NCBI GenBank assembly: GCA_963514005.1
Contig: OY740798.1
Span: 51,894,001 to 51,958,000 of the forward strand
Direction: 5' to 3'
Source: Raja brachyura
Lineage: Eukaryota
DNA: 64,000 nucleotides
The notes under the pieces were generated by a model. That model had not been told where the DNA came from, searched no databases, and saw only the letters and a list, made by a program, of their open reading frames with translations. Made by a program: the position numbers and the translations under genes. Positions 12,201 to 22,644 of this stretch are shown here, piece by piece (position 1 is the first letter of the stretch; the number at the start of each line of letters is the position of its first letter).

Positions 12201-15200
12201 TGCAAGAATTAGTGACAGACACAAATTGCTGGAGGAACTCAGTGGGGTGGCCACACCTCTGGAGAAAATTGATAGGTGATGTTTTGGGTCGGGACCCATC
12301 TTCAGACCGTCCCGTAACTCCTCCCCATAACCCCTGACACCCGTACTAATTACCCCCGTCAATCTCCTCCTTAAAAATATCCATTGACTTAGGAATTAAT
12401 TGCCACAGCCTTTTGTGACTGACTAAATAAATGCTTCCTCACTGACCTCACTGACCCACTGACTAAATAAATGCTTCCTCACCTCCTTTGAAAAGATACA
12501 TTGTAGCGTGATGATAATCCCGAAATAAGGCGAGGAGCCAGGTGTTTCGGGAAGTATTTTATTTGCTGTCCTTCTCCTGACCAGATGAGTCTGCAAAAGA
12601 GAGATTGCGCCTAAACCCGTGCCCTTTATCCCTGTAGCTAAAGGCCGCCCCCGGACTCATCCATGCCCGTGCCGAGGGGTTCAATAGTGGAAATGGCCCG
12701 ACCCTTGGGGCCACCACAACGTCATTTTATTCTGAAACTGTGGTCTCTGGTCCGAGACTCTCCCACTAGTAGAAACATCCTCTCTACATTCACTCCATGT
12801 CTATTTTATGGCTCTTTGCTATAAACCAGCATCTGCATTTGCTTTTGTATTACATTCTATCCAAGAGTTAATGTTGTTTTTTTTGCAGTCTCTCCTCCGT
12901 TATTGGACGACATGAAAATTCAACCACAATATCCCAAACCAGGAGATTTGACAACATTCTTGTGCCATGCACGTGGCTTCTATCCAAAGGATGTTATGTT
13001 TATGTGGTTCAAAAATGAGAAGAGGATTGATGATAAAGAGATCACTTCTACTGACCCGGTGATCGATAAAAACACTGGCCTCTTCTGCTGTGAAAGTCGG
13101 TGGAAGTATATGATTTTACCTGATGATCATCAAATCGATTTCAAAGTTGAGGCTCTTCATTTTCAAACTTCTCATCGACCCGCTAAGGTCTTTCACAGCC
13201 TACTCCTTGGAGGTATGAGATATAAAGTCATACAGCCTGGAAACAGGCCCAGTTGCTCAACTTGCCCACACCGACCAACATGTCCCATCTACACTAGTAC
13301 CACCTGCTTACCTTTGGCTCATGTCTCTCTAAATCTGTCCTATCCAAGTACCTACCTAATTGTATACACCCACCACTCTTTGTGTGAGAAAGTTACCCCT
13401 CAGATTCCTATTAAACCTTTCCCCCATTTACCTATGAATCTATGTCCTCTGGTTCTCGATTCCCTTTCTCTGGGCAAGCGACTGTGAGTCTAACTGCTCG
13501 ATTCCTCTCATGATTTTGTCATGCATACATCATCTACTTTGTGGCTTGGACTAGTTCGGTTTGCCTGCTTTTTTCTTCTTCCTGTCTGAAGAAAGGCCCC
13601 AATTGTATATAATATATATATATACAAGGAGACATATATAAGGTCGACAGTCAGAACCTTATTCACCAGGGTGGAAATGCAAAGAATGCAATGAATAGCT
13701 ATGAATCGAGAGGTGGTAACTTTAACGGAGATGTGTGGATCAAGTTTCTTTAGACGGAGTTTGGTGGGTGTCTGAAATTAGCTGCTACGGGTGGTGGTGG
13801 AGGCAGAGACGATAGTGTTGTGTAAATTGCATTTAAATAGGCACATGGATATGCAGGGATTGGAGGGATAAGGTTCAAGTATCGGTAGATGAGATCAGTT
13901 TAGCTCGGCATCATGTTCGGCACAAACGTCGTGGGCCGAAGCTCCCTTTTCCGTGGTGTACTGTTCTATGTAACCTGAAAAATCTTCTGTCCATGTTGTC
14001 CAGAGATGCTGCCTGACCTACTGAGTTGCTCCAGCTCTTTGTGCTTTTACCGCAATAATTTTATCTGATGAGTTATCCTGGGCTTCTACGCAGGGAGGAG
14101 TGTAGATTTACTAGAATGTTGCCTGGGTTCCAGCAACTAAGTTACAGAGAAAGGTTGAACAAGTTAGGTCTTTATTCTTTGGAGCGCAGAAGGTTAAGGG
14201 GGGACTTGATTGAGGTCTTTAAAATGATGAAAGGGATAGACAAAGTTGACGTGGATAAGCTTTTCCCATTGAGGGTAGGGAAGATTCAAACAAGAGGGCA
14301 TGACATGAGAATTAAGGGATAGAAGTTTAGGGGTAACATGAGGGGGAACTTCTTTACTCAGAGAGTGGTGGCTGTGGAATGATCTTCCAGCAGAAGTGGT
14401 GGAGGCAGGATCGATTGTAACATTTAAAAGTAAAGTGGATAGGTATATGGACGGGAAGGGAATTGAGGGGTATGGTCTGAGTGCAGGTAGATGGGACTAG
14501 GGGAAAATAAATGGTCGGCACGGACTGGAAAGGCCGAGAAGGCCTGTTTCCGTGCTGTAATTGTTATATGGTTATATGGTTAATCAGATTATAGAAGGTC
14601 TTGAACACACAACGGACTGCAGATGCAGGTTTACAAAAAAAGACACTAAGTGCTGAAGTAACCCATTATTTCAGGCAGCATCTCTGGAGAGGGTTACACA
14701 AAAAGCTGGAGAAACTCAGCGGGTGCAGCAGCATCTAAGGAGCGAAGGAGTTAGGCGACGTTTCGGGTCGAGACCCTTCTTCATACCTCTGGAGAGCATG
14801 GGTAGGAGACCATTCTTCAGACTGATTGTTGGGGGGGAGAAAGCCAGAAAAAAGGGTGGGGAGGTGACAAAGCCTGGCGAGTGTTAGGTGGATACATGTG
14901 AGGGGAGGGGTTTGATTATCAGATGCAGTGGACAAAGGCTAGGGATGAAAAGGTGACAAAAGGGTGGCAAAAAAAGAGAGACGAGGAGTGAATGTTTTTT
15001 TTCCAATAACTTTATTATTTGAAGGGAAATTTAGTTAGGAAATGTGGCGACTCTTGTGTAGGCCATTCGGCTCATCGTCTAATAATGGCTGATCCCTCTC
15101 TCCATCTTAATCCCATTCTCCTGCCTTCTCCCCTTAACCCCAGGCAACCGTATTAATCAAGAACTAATCAAGTGTAATCTACTATTCTTACACTCTTGTC

Positions 15201-17657
15201 ATTAGGTTTGTTAGTGTTTATATATAGTAAGATTCTATTTGATTGTATGCAAAAGAAGAATTTCACTGTACTTAGCTATGTACTGGAGAGCATGGGATTC
15301 ATAACAAGAGGATTTCAGTACAGGAGTAAAGAGGTTCTTCTGCAGTTGTATAGGGCTCTGTTGAGACGACATCTGGAGTATTGTGTACAGTTTTGGTCTC
15401 CTAATTTGAGGAAGGACATCCTTGTGATTGAGGCAGTGCAGCGTAGGTTCACGAGATTGATCCCTGGGATGGCGGGACTGTCATATGAGGAAAGATTGAA
15501 AAGACTAGGCTTGTATTCACTGGAGTTTAGAAGGATGAGGGGATATCTTATAGAAAAATATAAAATTATAAAAGGACTGGACAAGCTAGATGCAGCAAAA
15601 ATGTTCCCAATGTTGAGCGACTGCAGAACCAGGGGCCACAGTCTTAGAATAAAGGGGAGGTCATTTAAGACTGAGGTGAGAAAAAACTTTTTCACCCAGA
15701 GATTTGTGAATTTATGGAATTCCCTACCACAGAGGGCACTGGAGGCCAGGTCACTGGATGGATTTAAGAGAGAGCTGGATAGAGCTCTAGGGGCTAGTGG
15801 TGTCAAGGGATATGGGGAGAAGGCAGGCACGGGTTATTGATAGGGGACGAATTGCCATGATCACAATGAATGGGTGCTGGCTCGAAGGGCTGAATGGCCT
15901 CCTCCTGCACCTATGTTCTATGTTTCTATGTACTTGTGACAATAAATTACTGGTCCACCATTGTTTTCTCCGGCACCCTTGGTTCCAGAGCCTTGCTGGA
16001 TCATCTGTTTTACTGGACCAACAGAGGTCACGGCCTCTGAGAGGAGTCTAGCGGTACCAGATCGGTCCACTAGGCCGCTGAGTGGCCGAGACACCCGGCT
16101 CGGAAGTTGGCTGTGGGAACAGATCTGCTGGCCACGGGGCAAATTCAACTCGCCGGTCGGCTGCCAGAGGTCCTGATGAGGCTGAGGTCGGTCGTTTCAC
16201 CAAGCCTTGGCTTCACATTTTTGGGGGGACTTCCCAGGGGTGGGTTGGGGGAGAGGGGGGGAGGATAACAAGTTCACTCTCCTAATTGTGTCTCAATTAA
16301 AGGCGTCGTAACACCAGTTGCTCAAAATCAATAAACTAAAATAAACGATAGTTTGAGTGCAATTGTTCTGGGAAAAGGCAGATTTGTTATGTTTTGTTTA
16401 CGGCAACTCCACTATAATAAAATTGAGCAATATCTAAACTGTTGTCTGTTTTATTTTTCCAAATAGGAATTCCAAAGCTTTCTGATATCATTCTTGAGCC
16501 AGAAACTCCATTCTATGGCCAGCCTCTAGTTCTTAAATGCAACGTGACCAATTTTGCTCAGAAAGGAATCTCCACCAATTGGCTAATGGACGATAAACCT
16601 ATTTTGAAAGGAGTCAGGAATACAGACCCCAAGGAGGAACAAGATGGATTTTATCAGTTGTGCTCCTGTCTGGAGCTGATACCCACAGCGTTACATTACA
16701 ACAAGAAACTTGTCTTTGAGGTGAAAAATGAAATTACACCTCAGGCTATTACCAAACACTTATATTTACCACTGCCAGGTAAGTGAAACTGGTAGAAAGC
16801 CTTAATAATTGTTAACAAGGATGGAATTGATCAGTCGGGTACTAAGGTTTTAAAAGAAAATTTTGGGTGGCACAAAGGGGACTTGCAGCACCGGAGACTC
16901 GGATTCGATCTGACCTCGGGTGCTATCTATGCAGAGTTTGCACGTTCTCCCCTTGACCGTGTGGGTTTCCTCCGGGTGCTCTGGTTTCCTCACACATCCC
17001 AAAGACCAGCAGGTTTGTAGGTTAATTGGCTTTGGTAAAATTGTAAATTGTCCCTTGTGTGTAGGTTAGTGCTAGTGAATGGGCTGATCGCTACTCAGTG
17101 GGCCGAAGGCCCTGTTTCCACTATGTATCGCCAAAGTCTAAAGTAAAAGTTAATTGACCTCTGTAAATTGTCCCCTGGTGTATAGGGAGTGGATGAGAAA
17201 ATGGGATAACATAGAACTAGTGTGAACATGTTAGCGATGGTCAGGGTGGATTCTCAGGGCCTAAGAGCGTGTTTCCTTGCTGTATCTCTGAACTAAACTA
17301 TCCACTGTCGAAAGTGAAACCATCTCAATGTGTGCATATTCTACTCTATTTTAAGGTAATTTCCCCACTGTGTCTGAAATCTACTGCAAAGAGGGATGCA
17401 CAGTGGCATCTTTCATGGTTTCGTTGACTGATTATGTACCTCAGGAAATTGAGGTGAAGTGGTTCAAAGGAGAACAACCCTATACAGGATCTGTCCATAA
17501 TGGTCTACCTCAGATTGCCACCACTGGCCTCTTCTCTTCAACAACAGAAATAGAATTTATTCCAGAACCATCTGATCATGACTTGGAAATCAGATGTGAG
17601 ATATTTCATCTGGAGACAAAGAAAAGGATTGAGCAAAAGTGCCGCTTACCATTTTGA
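1..17657 (+). CDS. ncr3lg1: Multi-exon B7-H6 (NCR3LG1)-like IgSF type I membrane protein, 5'-partial: C1 - TM - six C1-like Ig domains - stop. Exons 1-232, 2432-2548, 6138-6551, 7476-7868, 9252-9563, 12889-13212, 16467-16778, 17356-17657
   Basis: Eight exons with canonical splice sites, all phase 1. Internal exon lengths (117, 414, 393, 312, 324, 312 nt) are multiples of 3, so they join into one open frame ending at TGA 17655-17657. Pre-TM domain (DHICTGSPVKNADGTYNVSS..YVCLVRH.SL) resembles, from memory, the B7-H6 C1 domain. The symbol is a family-level assignment, not proven orthology. Confidence 0.8.
410..1050 (+). mobile_element. Penelope-like retroelement 3' fragment (GIY-YIG endonuclease + terminal repeat)
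   Basis: CNRRKCHTC...SSNLIYCIHCSRCQLLYICETK...RF..H..PVAQHF; terminal repeat ctgaagaagggtctcgaccc. Confidence 0.85.
1762..2080 (-). mobile_element. Penelope-like 3' fragment with hammerhead-like motif
   Basis: Same family as 410-1050 (LEEQHLIF..L.SL.PSGMNID); reverse complement reads ctgaagaagggtttcggcccgaaacgtt. Confidence 0.8.
2432..2548 (+). CDS. Exon: transmembrane segment
   Basis: Acceptor ttttcttacag|; encodes EPEIVVPGG-IIICCVIGSILLCSLIMIVGFLMYL-KIFRK; donor G|gtaaag; 117 nt, phase 1-1. Confidence 0.88.
3433..5682 (+). mobile_element. CR1-clade (HER1-like) LINE, 5'-truncated, disrupted ORF2
   Basis: [46 protein letters not shown] motifs; (ttctatgt)n tail. Confidence 0.92.
6138..6551 (+). 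CDS. Exon: post-TM Ig C1-like domain 1 (long C-D insertion)
   Basis: Acceptor tttttctag|; VPPKVSEI...LTCHISGYKP...DDGTVLSLHVSHSTL...LEVEG; donor A|gtaagt; F-strand Cys replaced by Leu, C-strand Trp replaced by Cys. Confidence 0.88.
6563..6875 (+). mobile_element. HE1-type tRNA-derived V-SINE
   Basis: A/B-box-like head, V-domain core ggtgctgtctgtgtggagtttgcac..ctccgggtgctccggtttc, LINE-derived tail gaagggcctgtt. Confidence 0.8.
6955..7233 (-). mobile_element. HE1-type V-SINE
   Basis: Reverse complement of the same head/core/tail. Confidence 0.75.
7476..7868 (+). CDS. Exon: post-TM Ig C1-like domain 2 (long C-D insertion)
   Basis: Pyrimidine tract then aaacag|; IAPKM...LSCPIDGFKPRPLAITW...DNTYSVTS...YVCEVEHPA; donor G|gtacag; both Cys present. 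Confidence 0.9.
8430..9185 (+). mobile_element. Old CR1 LINE 3' fragment
   Basis: Degenerate MLQLYK.LVR.HL.Y..FWSP; tail gaagggcct. Confidence 0.7.
9252..9563 (+). CDS. Exon: post-TM Ig C1-like domain 3
   Basis: Acceptor ttctcttcag|; TCRIHSFFPKNIEVIW...DGRYSFT...LTCKFQHES; donor A|gtaagg; both Cys present. Confidence 0.9.
11875..12116. mobile_element. 242-bp Penelope-derived palindromic element with 15-bp TSD
   Basis: TSD cacattaaatggcgg at 11860-11874 and 12117-12131; 96-bp inverted arms 11874-11969 and 11987-12082 (1 mismatch). Confidence 0.88.
11990..12017 (+). ncRNA. Minimal type I hammerhead ribozyme-like motif
   Basis: CTGAAGA-A-GGGTC-TC-GACCC-GAAA-CG-TC: CUGANGA and GAAA boxes, stem II, short palindromic stem III, UH site; stem I weak. 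Confidence 0.6.
12889..13212 (+). CDS. Exon: post-TM Ig C1-like domain 4
   Basis: Acceptor ttttttgcag|; FLCHARGFYPKDVMFMWFKN...TGLFCCES...FKVEALH; donor G|gtatga; F-strand Cys replaced by Val. Confidence 0.9.
14100..14580 (+). mobile_element. CR1 LINE 3' fragment
   Basis: RFTRMLPG..LSYRERL..LGLYSLERRRLRGDLIE; (gttatatg)n tail; same subfamily as 46700-47216. Confidence 0.85.
14692..14786 (-). mobile_element. 95-bp Penelope-derived unit with 10-bp TSD
   Basis: TSD ctctggagag at 14682-14691 and 14787-14796; sequence equals one arm of the 11875-12116 element. Confidence 0.82.
15292..15930 (+). mobile_element. CR1 LINE 3' fragment
   Basis: Near-copy of 5050-5682; (ttctatgt)n tail. Confidence 0.88.
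16467..16778 (+). CDS. Exon: post-TM Ig C1-like domain 5
   Basis: Acceptor tttttccaaatag|; LKCNVTNFAQKGISTNW...DGFYQLCSCL...LVFEVKN; donor G|gtaagt; F-strand Cys replaced by Phe. Confidence 0.88.
16866..17300 (+). mobile_element. HE1-type V-SINE (compound)
   Basis: B-box ggattcgatc, V core, two tails. Confidence 0.72.
17356..17657 (+). CDS. Exon: post-TM Ig C1-like domain 6, carries the stop codon
   Basis: Acceptor ctattttaag|; FMVSLTDYVPQEIEVKWFK...TGLFSSTT...IRCEIFH...LPF*; B-strand Cys replaced by Val; TGA is followed by G|gtaaat, a phase-1-position donor. Confidence 0.86.
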
Positions 17658-18503
17658 GGTAAATATGACTTAGTGCTTCCAAAGCATTGTTTCGACAAGG
17701 CTAGGTTTTAATATAGCTAGTTTCTTCCCAGCTGTTATCACGCAATTGAACCATCATCTCACCAACTAGATTGCGGCCCTGACCTCCCACCCAACTTTAT
17801 CTTGCACTAAATGTTGTACCCTGTAAATGTATACGTCGTGGGAGCAGAATTAGACCATTCGGCCCATTGAGTCTACTCCGTCATTCAATCATGGCTGTTG
17901 CATCTTTCACTCTCAACCCCATTCTCCTGCCTTTATCTGTTCACTTTGGGCAGTTTGATTTTACCATGTATAGTCTTTCCGCTGACTAGTCTTCTGCTGA
18001 CTGGATAGCATGCAACAAAAAACTTTTCACTGTACCTTGGTACATGTGGCAATAAACTAAACTAATCCATTGGATCATATTGCCCATTCCTGGCAAAATG
18101 TCATGTAATACAATGTGCTGGAGTGACTCAACGGGTCAGGCAGCATCTATGGAGAACGTGACGTTTTTGGTTGGACCCCTCCTTCAGACTGCTTGTGCTG
18201 GGGAATCTCATAAACTCCACTATTGTGTCGGAAGGAACTGAGGCTTATCGATTGTCGGTACCTGTACCTGGTTTACAGGTACCTGTAATACCTGTAAAGT
18301 CCACTATCGTATCTGCCTCCACCACCACCACTGGCAGCTTTCAAGACTCCACCATCCTCTGTATAAAAAAAATCTCACCCCGTACATCTCCTTTAAACTG
18401 GCTACTCGTGCTTTCAAGCTACGGCCTGTTATATTTGATATTTCCACCCTGGGAAAAAAGTTCTGACTACCCTAAATATCCTTCTCATAATTTTATATAC
18501 TTA

Positions 18504-19026
18504 CTAGACTAAGTGGGACCCGTTGGGTGACTTGCTTGGGGCTGGGCTGGGCTGGGCTGCTTGGGGCTGGGCTGCTTGGGGTAGGGCTGGGCTGGTCTGC
18601 TTGCGGCTAGGCTGAGCTGCTTTGGGCTGGGCTGGACTGCTTGGGGCTGGGCTACTTCGGGTCCCTCTGAAAGTCCGGTTGGAAACCTCCGCCGGCCACC
18701 ATCAGCTCCAATAAAGACACAATGGCGCAGGAAGGGGTGGACTGTCCCAGGGAGTGACGGGGAAGAGACTAATCCGCGCGGCGCGGACTGCCAGGTGAAG
18801 AGATCGATCTGCGCACGCACGTTTTTTAAAATTTATAAACCTCGCTAACATTTACGACATTCAACCAATCTGAACGAAACTTGGTGCAATCGCAGCACAG
18901 GAGAACGGTGAGTGAACTGGCGAAAAATCGTAGCGCTATCGTGAACCATTTTTGCGTAAATAGAATAACTGCCAAACCGGAAGATAAAAAGGTCAGAGTT
19001 TTAGGTATGTACAGGTAGATAGAAGA
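18504..19026 (-). mobile_element. Non-autonomous Helitron-like element
   Basis: On the minus strand: A|TC start, subterminal hairpin acccaacgggt, CTAG|T end, no TSD; interrupts a CR1-like sequence; internal (GGGCT)n at ~18535-18660. Confidence 0.65.
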
Positions 19027-19384
19027 TATCAGGTTTCCCCTCAATCTCTGTCGTTCCAGAGAAAACAATTCAAGTTTGTTCAATCTGTCCCTGTACGTAA
19101 TGTGCCTAATTCAGGCTGTTAACCACAATGACCTTGCAGTTTGATGCAAGGCAAGGAGATCAGGAAAATGTAGGTGTGTTAGAGTAACTAACACAGCAGC
19201 GCGAGATGTGAACGTTCTTGAGTTTTGTTAAAGGGACGTTGACTCTGTTTCTCTCTCCACAGATGCTGCCTGGTCTGCTCACTATTTCCAGAGGGATTTT
19301 GTACCAATATGTAAAGTAAACTTTAAATCTCACTACAAGCTGTGAGCCTTGGAGGAGTTGGAGGACCAATCACTGTAGCAGTTT

Positions 19385-20855
19385 CAGGAACTAAGGAGCA
19401 AACTAAAAAAGGAGACCAGAAGGGCAAAATGGGGCTAGGAGAAAGCTCTGGCCGGCAGCATAAAAGACAATCCCAAAAGATTTTATAAATACATAAGGGG
19501 GAAAAGGGTAACTAAAGAGAGTGGGACCTCTCAGGAATAAAAGAGGTCACCTCTGTGTGGAGCCACAGGAGATGGGCAAGGTGCTCAATGAGTATTTCTC
19601 CTCTGTATTAACCAAGGAGAAAGACAGTAGGACAGAAGAAATTGGAGCAGTCACTGGAAGTGTCATGAGAGCAGTCAGGGTTATCGTCGAGGAAGTACTG
19701 AAAGTACTGCCGTATTTGAAGGTAGACAAATCTCCGGGGCCTGGTCAGATATATCCGAGGACATTGCGGGAGCCCTGGTTTGAAATTTATGTATTGTCTT
19801 TAAATACAGTTGAGGTGCTTGAAGATTCGAGGGTGGCAAATGGTGTGCCTCTTCAAGAAGGGCTGCAGGGAAAATGCTGGGAACTGTAGCTCAACATCTG
19901 CAGTTGGTACGTTACTGGACGGTATTCTGAAGGATAGGATATACAGGCATTCGGATGGGCAAGGGCTGATTTGGGATAGTCAGCATGGTTTTGTACGTGG
20001 GAGGTAGTGTCTCACAAATCTGATTAATTTTTTTGAAGATGTGAGCGATAAGATTGATATGTGCACATGGACTTCAGTATGGACTGAAGTTGCCACATGA
20101 TAGGCTGCCACATGATAGGCTGCTCCAGAAGGTTAGATCGCATGGGATCCAAGGAGAGATAGCTGAATGGATAGCAAATTGGCTCCATGGAAGGAAGCAG
20201 AGGGTGACGGTGGAAGGTTGCTTCTGAGATTGGAGGCCTGTGACTAGTGGTGTGCCACAGGGTTCGGTGCTGGGCCCGTTACTGTTTGTCATCTATATCA
20301 ATGATATGGATGAGAACATACAGGGCAAGATTAGCATGTTTGCTAATGATATAAAAGTGAGTGGTTTTGCAGATAGTGAAGATGGTTGTGAACAATTGCA
20401 ACAGGATCTGGAACGATTGGCCAGGTGGGCGGAGGGATGGTTGTTGAAATTTAATACAGAGAAGTGTGAGGTGAGGTGTCGAACAAGGGAAGGCCTCTGG
20501 GTTGTGTTGCAGAGCAGAGGGATCTAGGAGCACAAGTGCATGGTTCCTTGAAGGTCGAGTCGCAGGTAGATAAGGTGGTCAAAAAGGCTTTTGGCAATTT
20601 GGCCTTCATCAGTTGTATAAGACGTTGGTGAGGCCGCATATTGAACATTTTTTTTAGTTCTGGGCAAAATGTTATATGTTGTCAAGCTGGAAATGATACA
20701 GAAAAGATTTATGAGAATGTTGCCAGGACTAGATGATGTGAGCTATAGGGAGAGGTTGAGTAGGCTGTTGCCTCTATTCCATGGAGCATAGGAAAATGAG
20801 GGGTGATCTTATAGAGGTGTACAAAATCATGAGAGGAATAGATCGGGAAGATGCG
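19385..20855 (+). mobile_element. Degenerate CR1 LINE ORF2 fragment
   Basis: KSPGPGQIYPR, SQHGF, SGVPQGSVLGPLLF motifs with deletions. Confidence 0.85.
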
Positions 20856-21934
20856 CATGATATATACATCTGTTGCATCCAATTACTGCCAATTCACAGC
20901 AATTTGATATTGGCAAGTTGGGCAAGATCATGACTCATCTTTGAGATTTACAGGAGCGTTTAGGAGATTCCTATGGAATATCTAACCCATAGCATATAAT
21001 GTAGATAGAACAGAGTACAGCATGGGTACAGGCCCCACGGCCCACAAAGTCTGTGCCAAACATGATGCGAAGACTTAACTAATCTCTGCCTGCATGTGCT
21101 CCATATCCTTCCGTTCCCAGTATATCTATGTGCCGATCTAAAAGCCTCTTAAACGCCACTCTGGTATCTGCCTCCACTGCCACTCCTGGCAGCGTATTCC
21201 AGGCACCCACCTCATTCTGTGCAGAAAAACTTGCCCTATGCCTCCTTTAAACTATTACGCTTCTAACCTTAAAGCTATGCCCTCTAATATTTTATATAAT
21301 GTTGGATATACATTTACTGATGATAACTATAAGGTGGAGATACTCCACTCTATAAAATGAAGGCCACAAAAGACCAGACATTTCATGTACAATTCTCCCT
21401 CATCTCACTGTCACAATTCTTCCCATTCCATTTCTTTAACATTATGTTCAAATGCCATTGACAAAAAAAGTCAACTTTTTTTACCAGGGTAGGGGAATCT
21501 AGAACCAGCGGAAACAGGTTTAAGGTGATAGGGGAAAGATTTAAAAGGTGATTGAGGGGCAGCTGTAGCACACAGAGGGTGGTGGGTGTATGGAACGAGC
21601 TGCCGGACGAGCTAGTTGAGACAGATACATTAACAACATTTAAAAGACATTTGGATAGGAAAAGTTTAGAAGGATATGGGCCGAATGTGAACTTCTTGCT
21701 CAGCATGGGCATGTTTGGCTGAAGGGCCTGTTTATGTGCTGGATGAATCTAATATATCAGGTAATCAGAATTACTGATCTGAAGAAGGATCGCAACCAGA
21801 AACGTCATCTCTCCATTCCCTCCACAGATGCTGCCTGAACTGCTGAGTTCCTCCAGCACTCTGTGTTTTGTTATCATCCCGAGTATTAACCTGTAAATGC
21901 TTAAAAGTTGAAATACATTTTTAAAACATTTCAG

Positions 21935-22120
21935 ATGCAATCTCAATATATCTTCATAATCATTGTTTTATCCCAGTCTTCCCAAAAGATTTTCTTAATG
22001 TTTCAATTATACTAAAATATTTGAGGATTTAAATGTTTCTGTTGTGTAGATGATTTTGAATGGTTTCTGTAAAGATAATTTTTTTCATTAAAATATTTGC
22101 TATTAAATAACTGCATTCCT
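21935..22120 (+). other. Candidate non-coding 3'-UTR terminal exon of the IgSF gene
   Basis: Acceptor-like catttcag| at 21934; unique AT-rich sequence; ATTAAA at 22087 and 22102. Confidence 0.35.
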
Positions 22121-22644
22121 AGAGTATTATTTTAGTTCCTTTCTTGCGTATATTGACCTAAATGATTTTAAAGCTATTTATGTTGTGCATAATGATTAGC
22201 TAACTATGATGGGCAATATTGGACATCAAATGTGTCTTATTTGACCACACAAGGAACTGCAGACACTATAATCTTGAGCAAAACACAAAATGCTGGATGA
22301 ACTCATTGGGTCTGGCAGCATTTGTGGAGGGAATGGCGTTTCAGGTCAGGACCCTTGTTCAGACTCATGAAACATCATGTGTCCATTTCCTCCATGGATG
22401 CTGCCTGACCTGCTAAGTTCCGCCAGCACTTTGTGATTTACTCGTGACTTATTTGACATGATGTAGTAACAGTGGGACAGGCAGCATCTCCGGAGCGAAG
22501 GAATGGGTGACATTTCGGGTCGAGACCCTTCTCCAGTCTGAAGTAAGGTTTTCGACCCGAAATGTCATCCATTCCTTCTCTACAGAGATGCTGCCGGTCC
22601 CACTGAGTTACTGCAGCTTTTTGTGTCTATAAGAAGGTTGCAAA

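Noticed and set aside
6138-17657. Antibody heavy-chain constant-region locus (IgM/IgW/IgNAR)
   Set aside because: The TM exon precedes the tandem C domains; no secretory tail or antigen-receptor-type TM follows; no J segments or paired RSS were noticed; several domains lack the canonical Cys.
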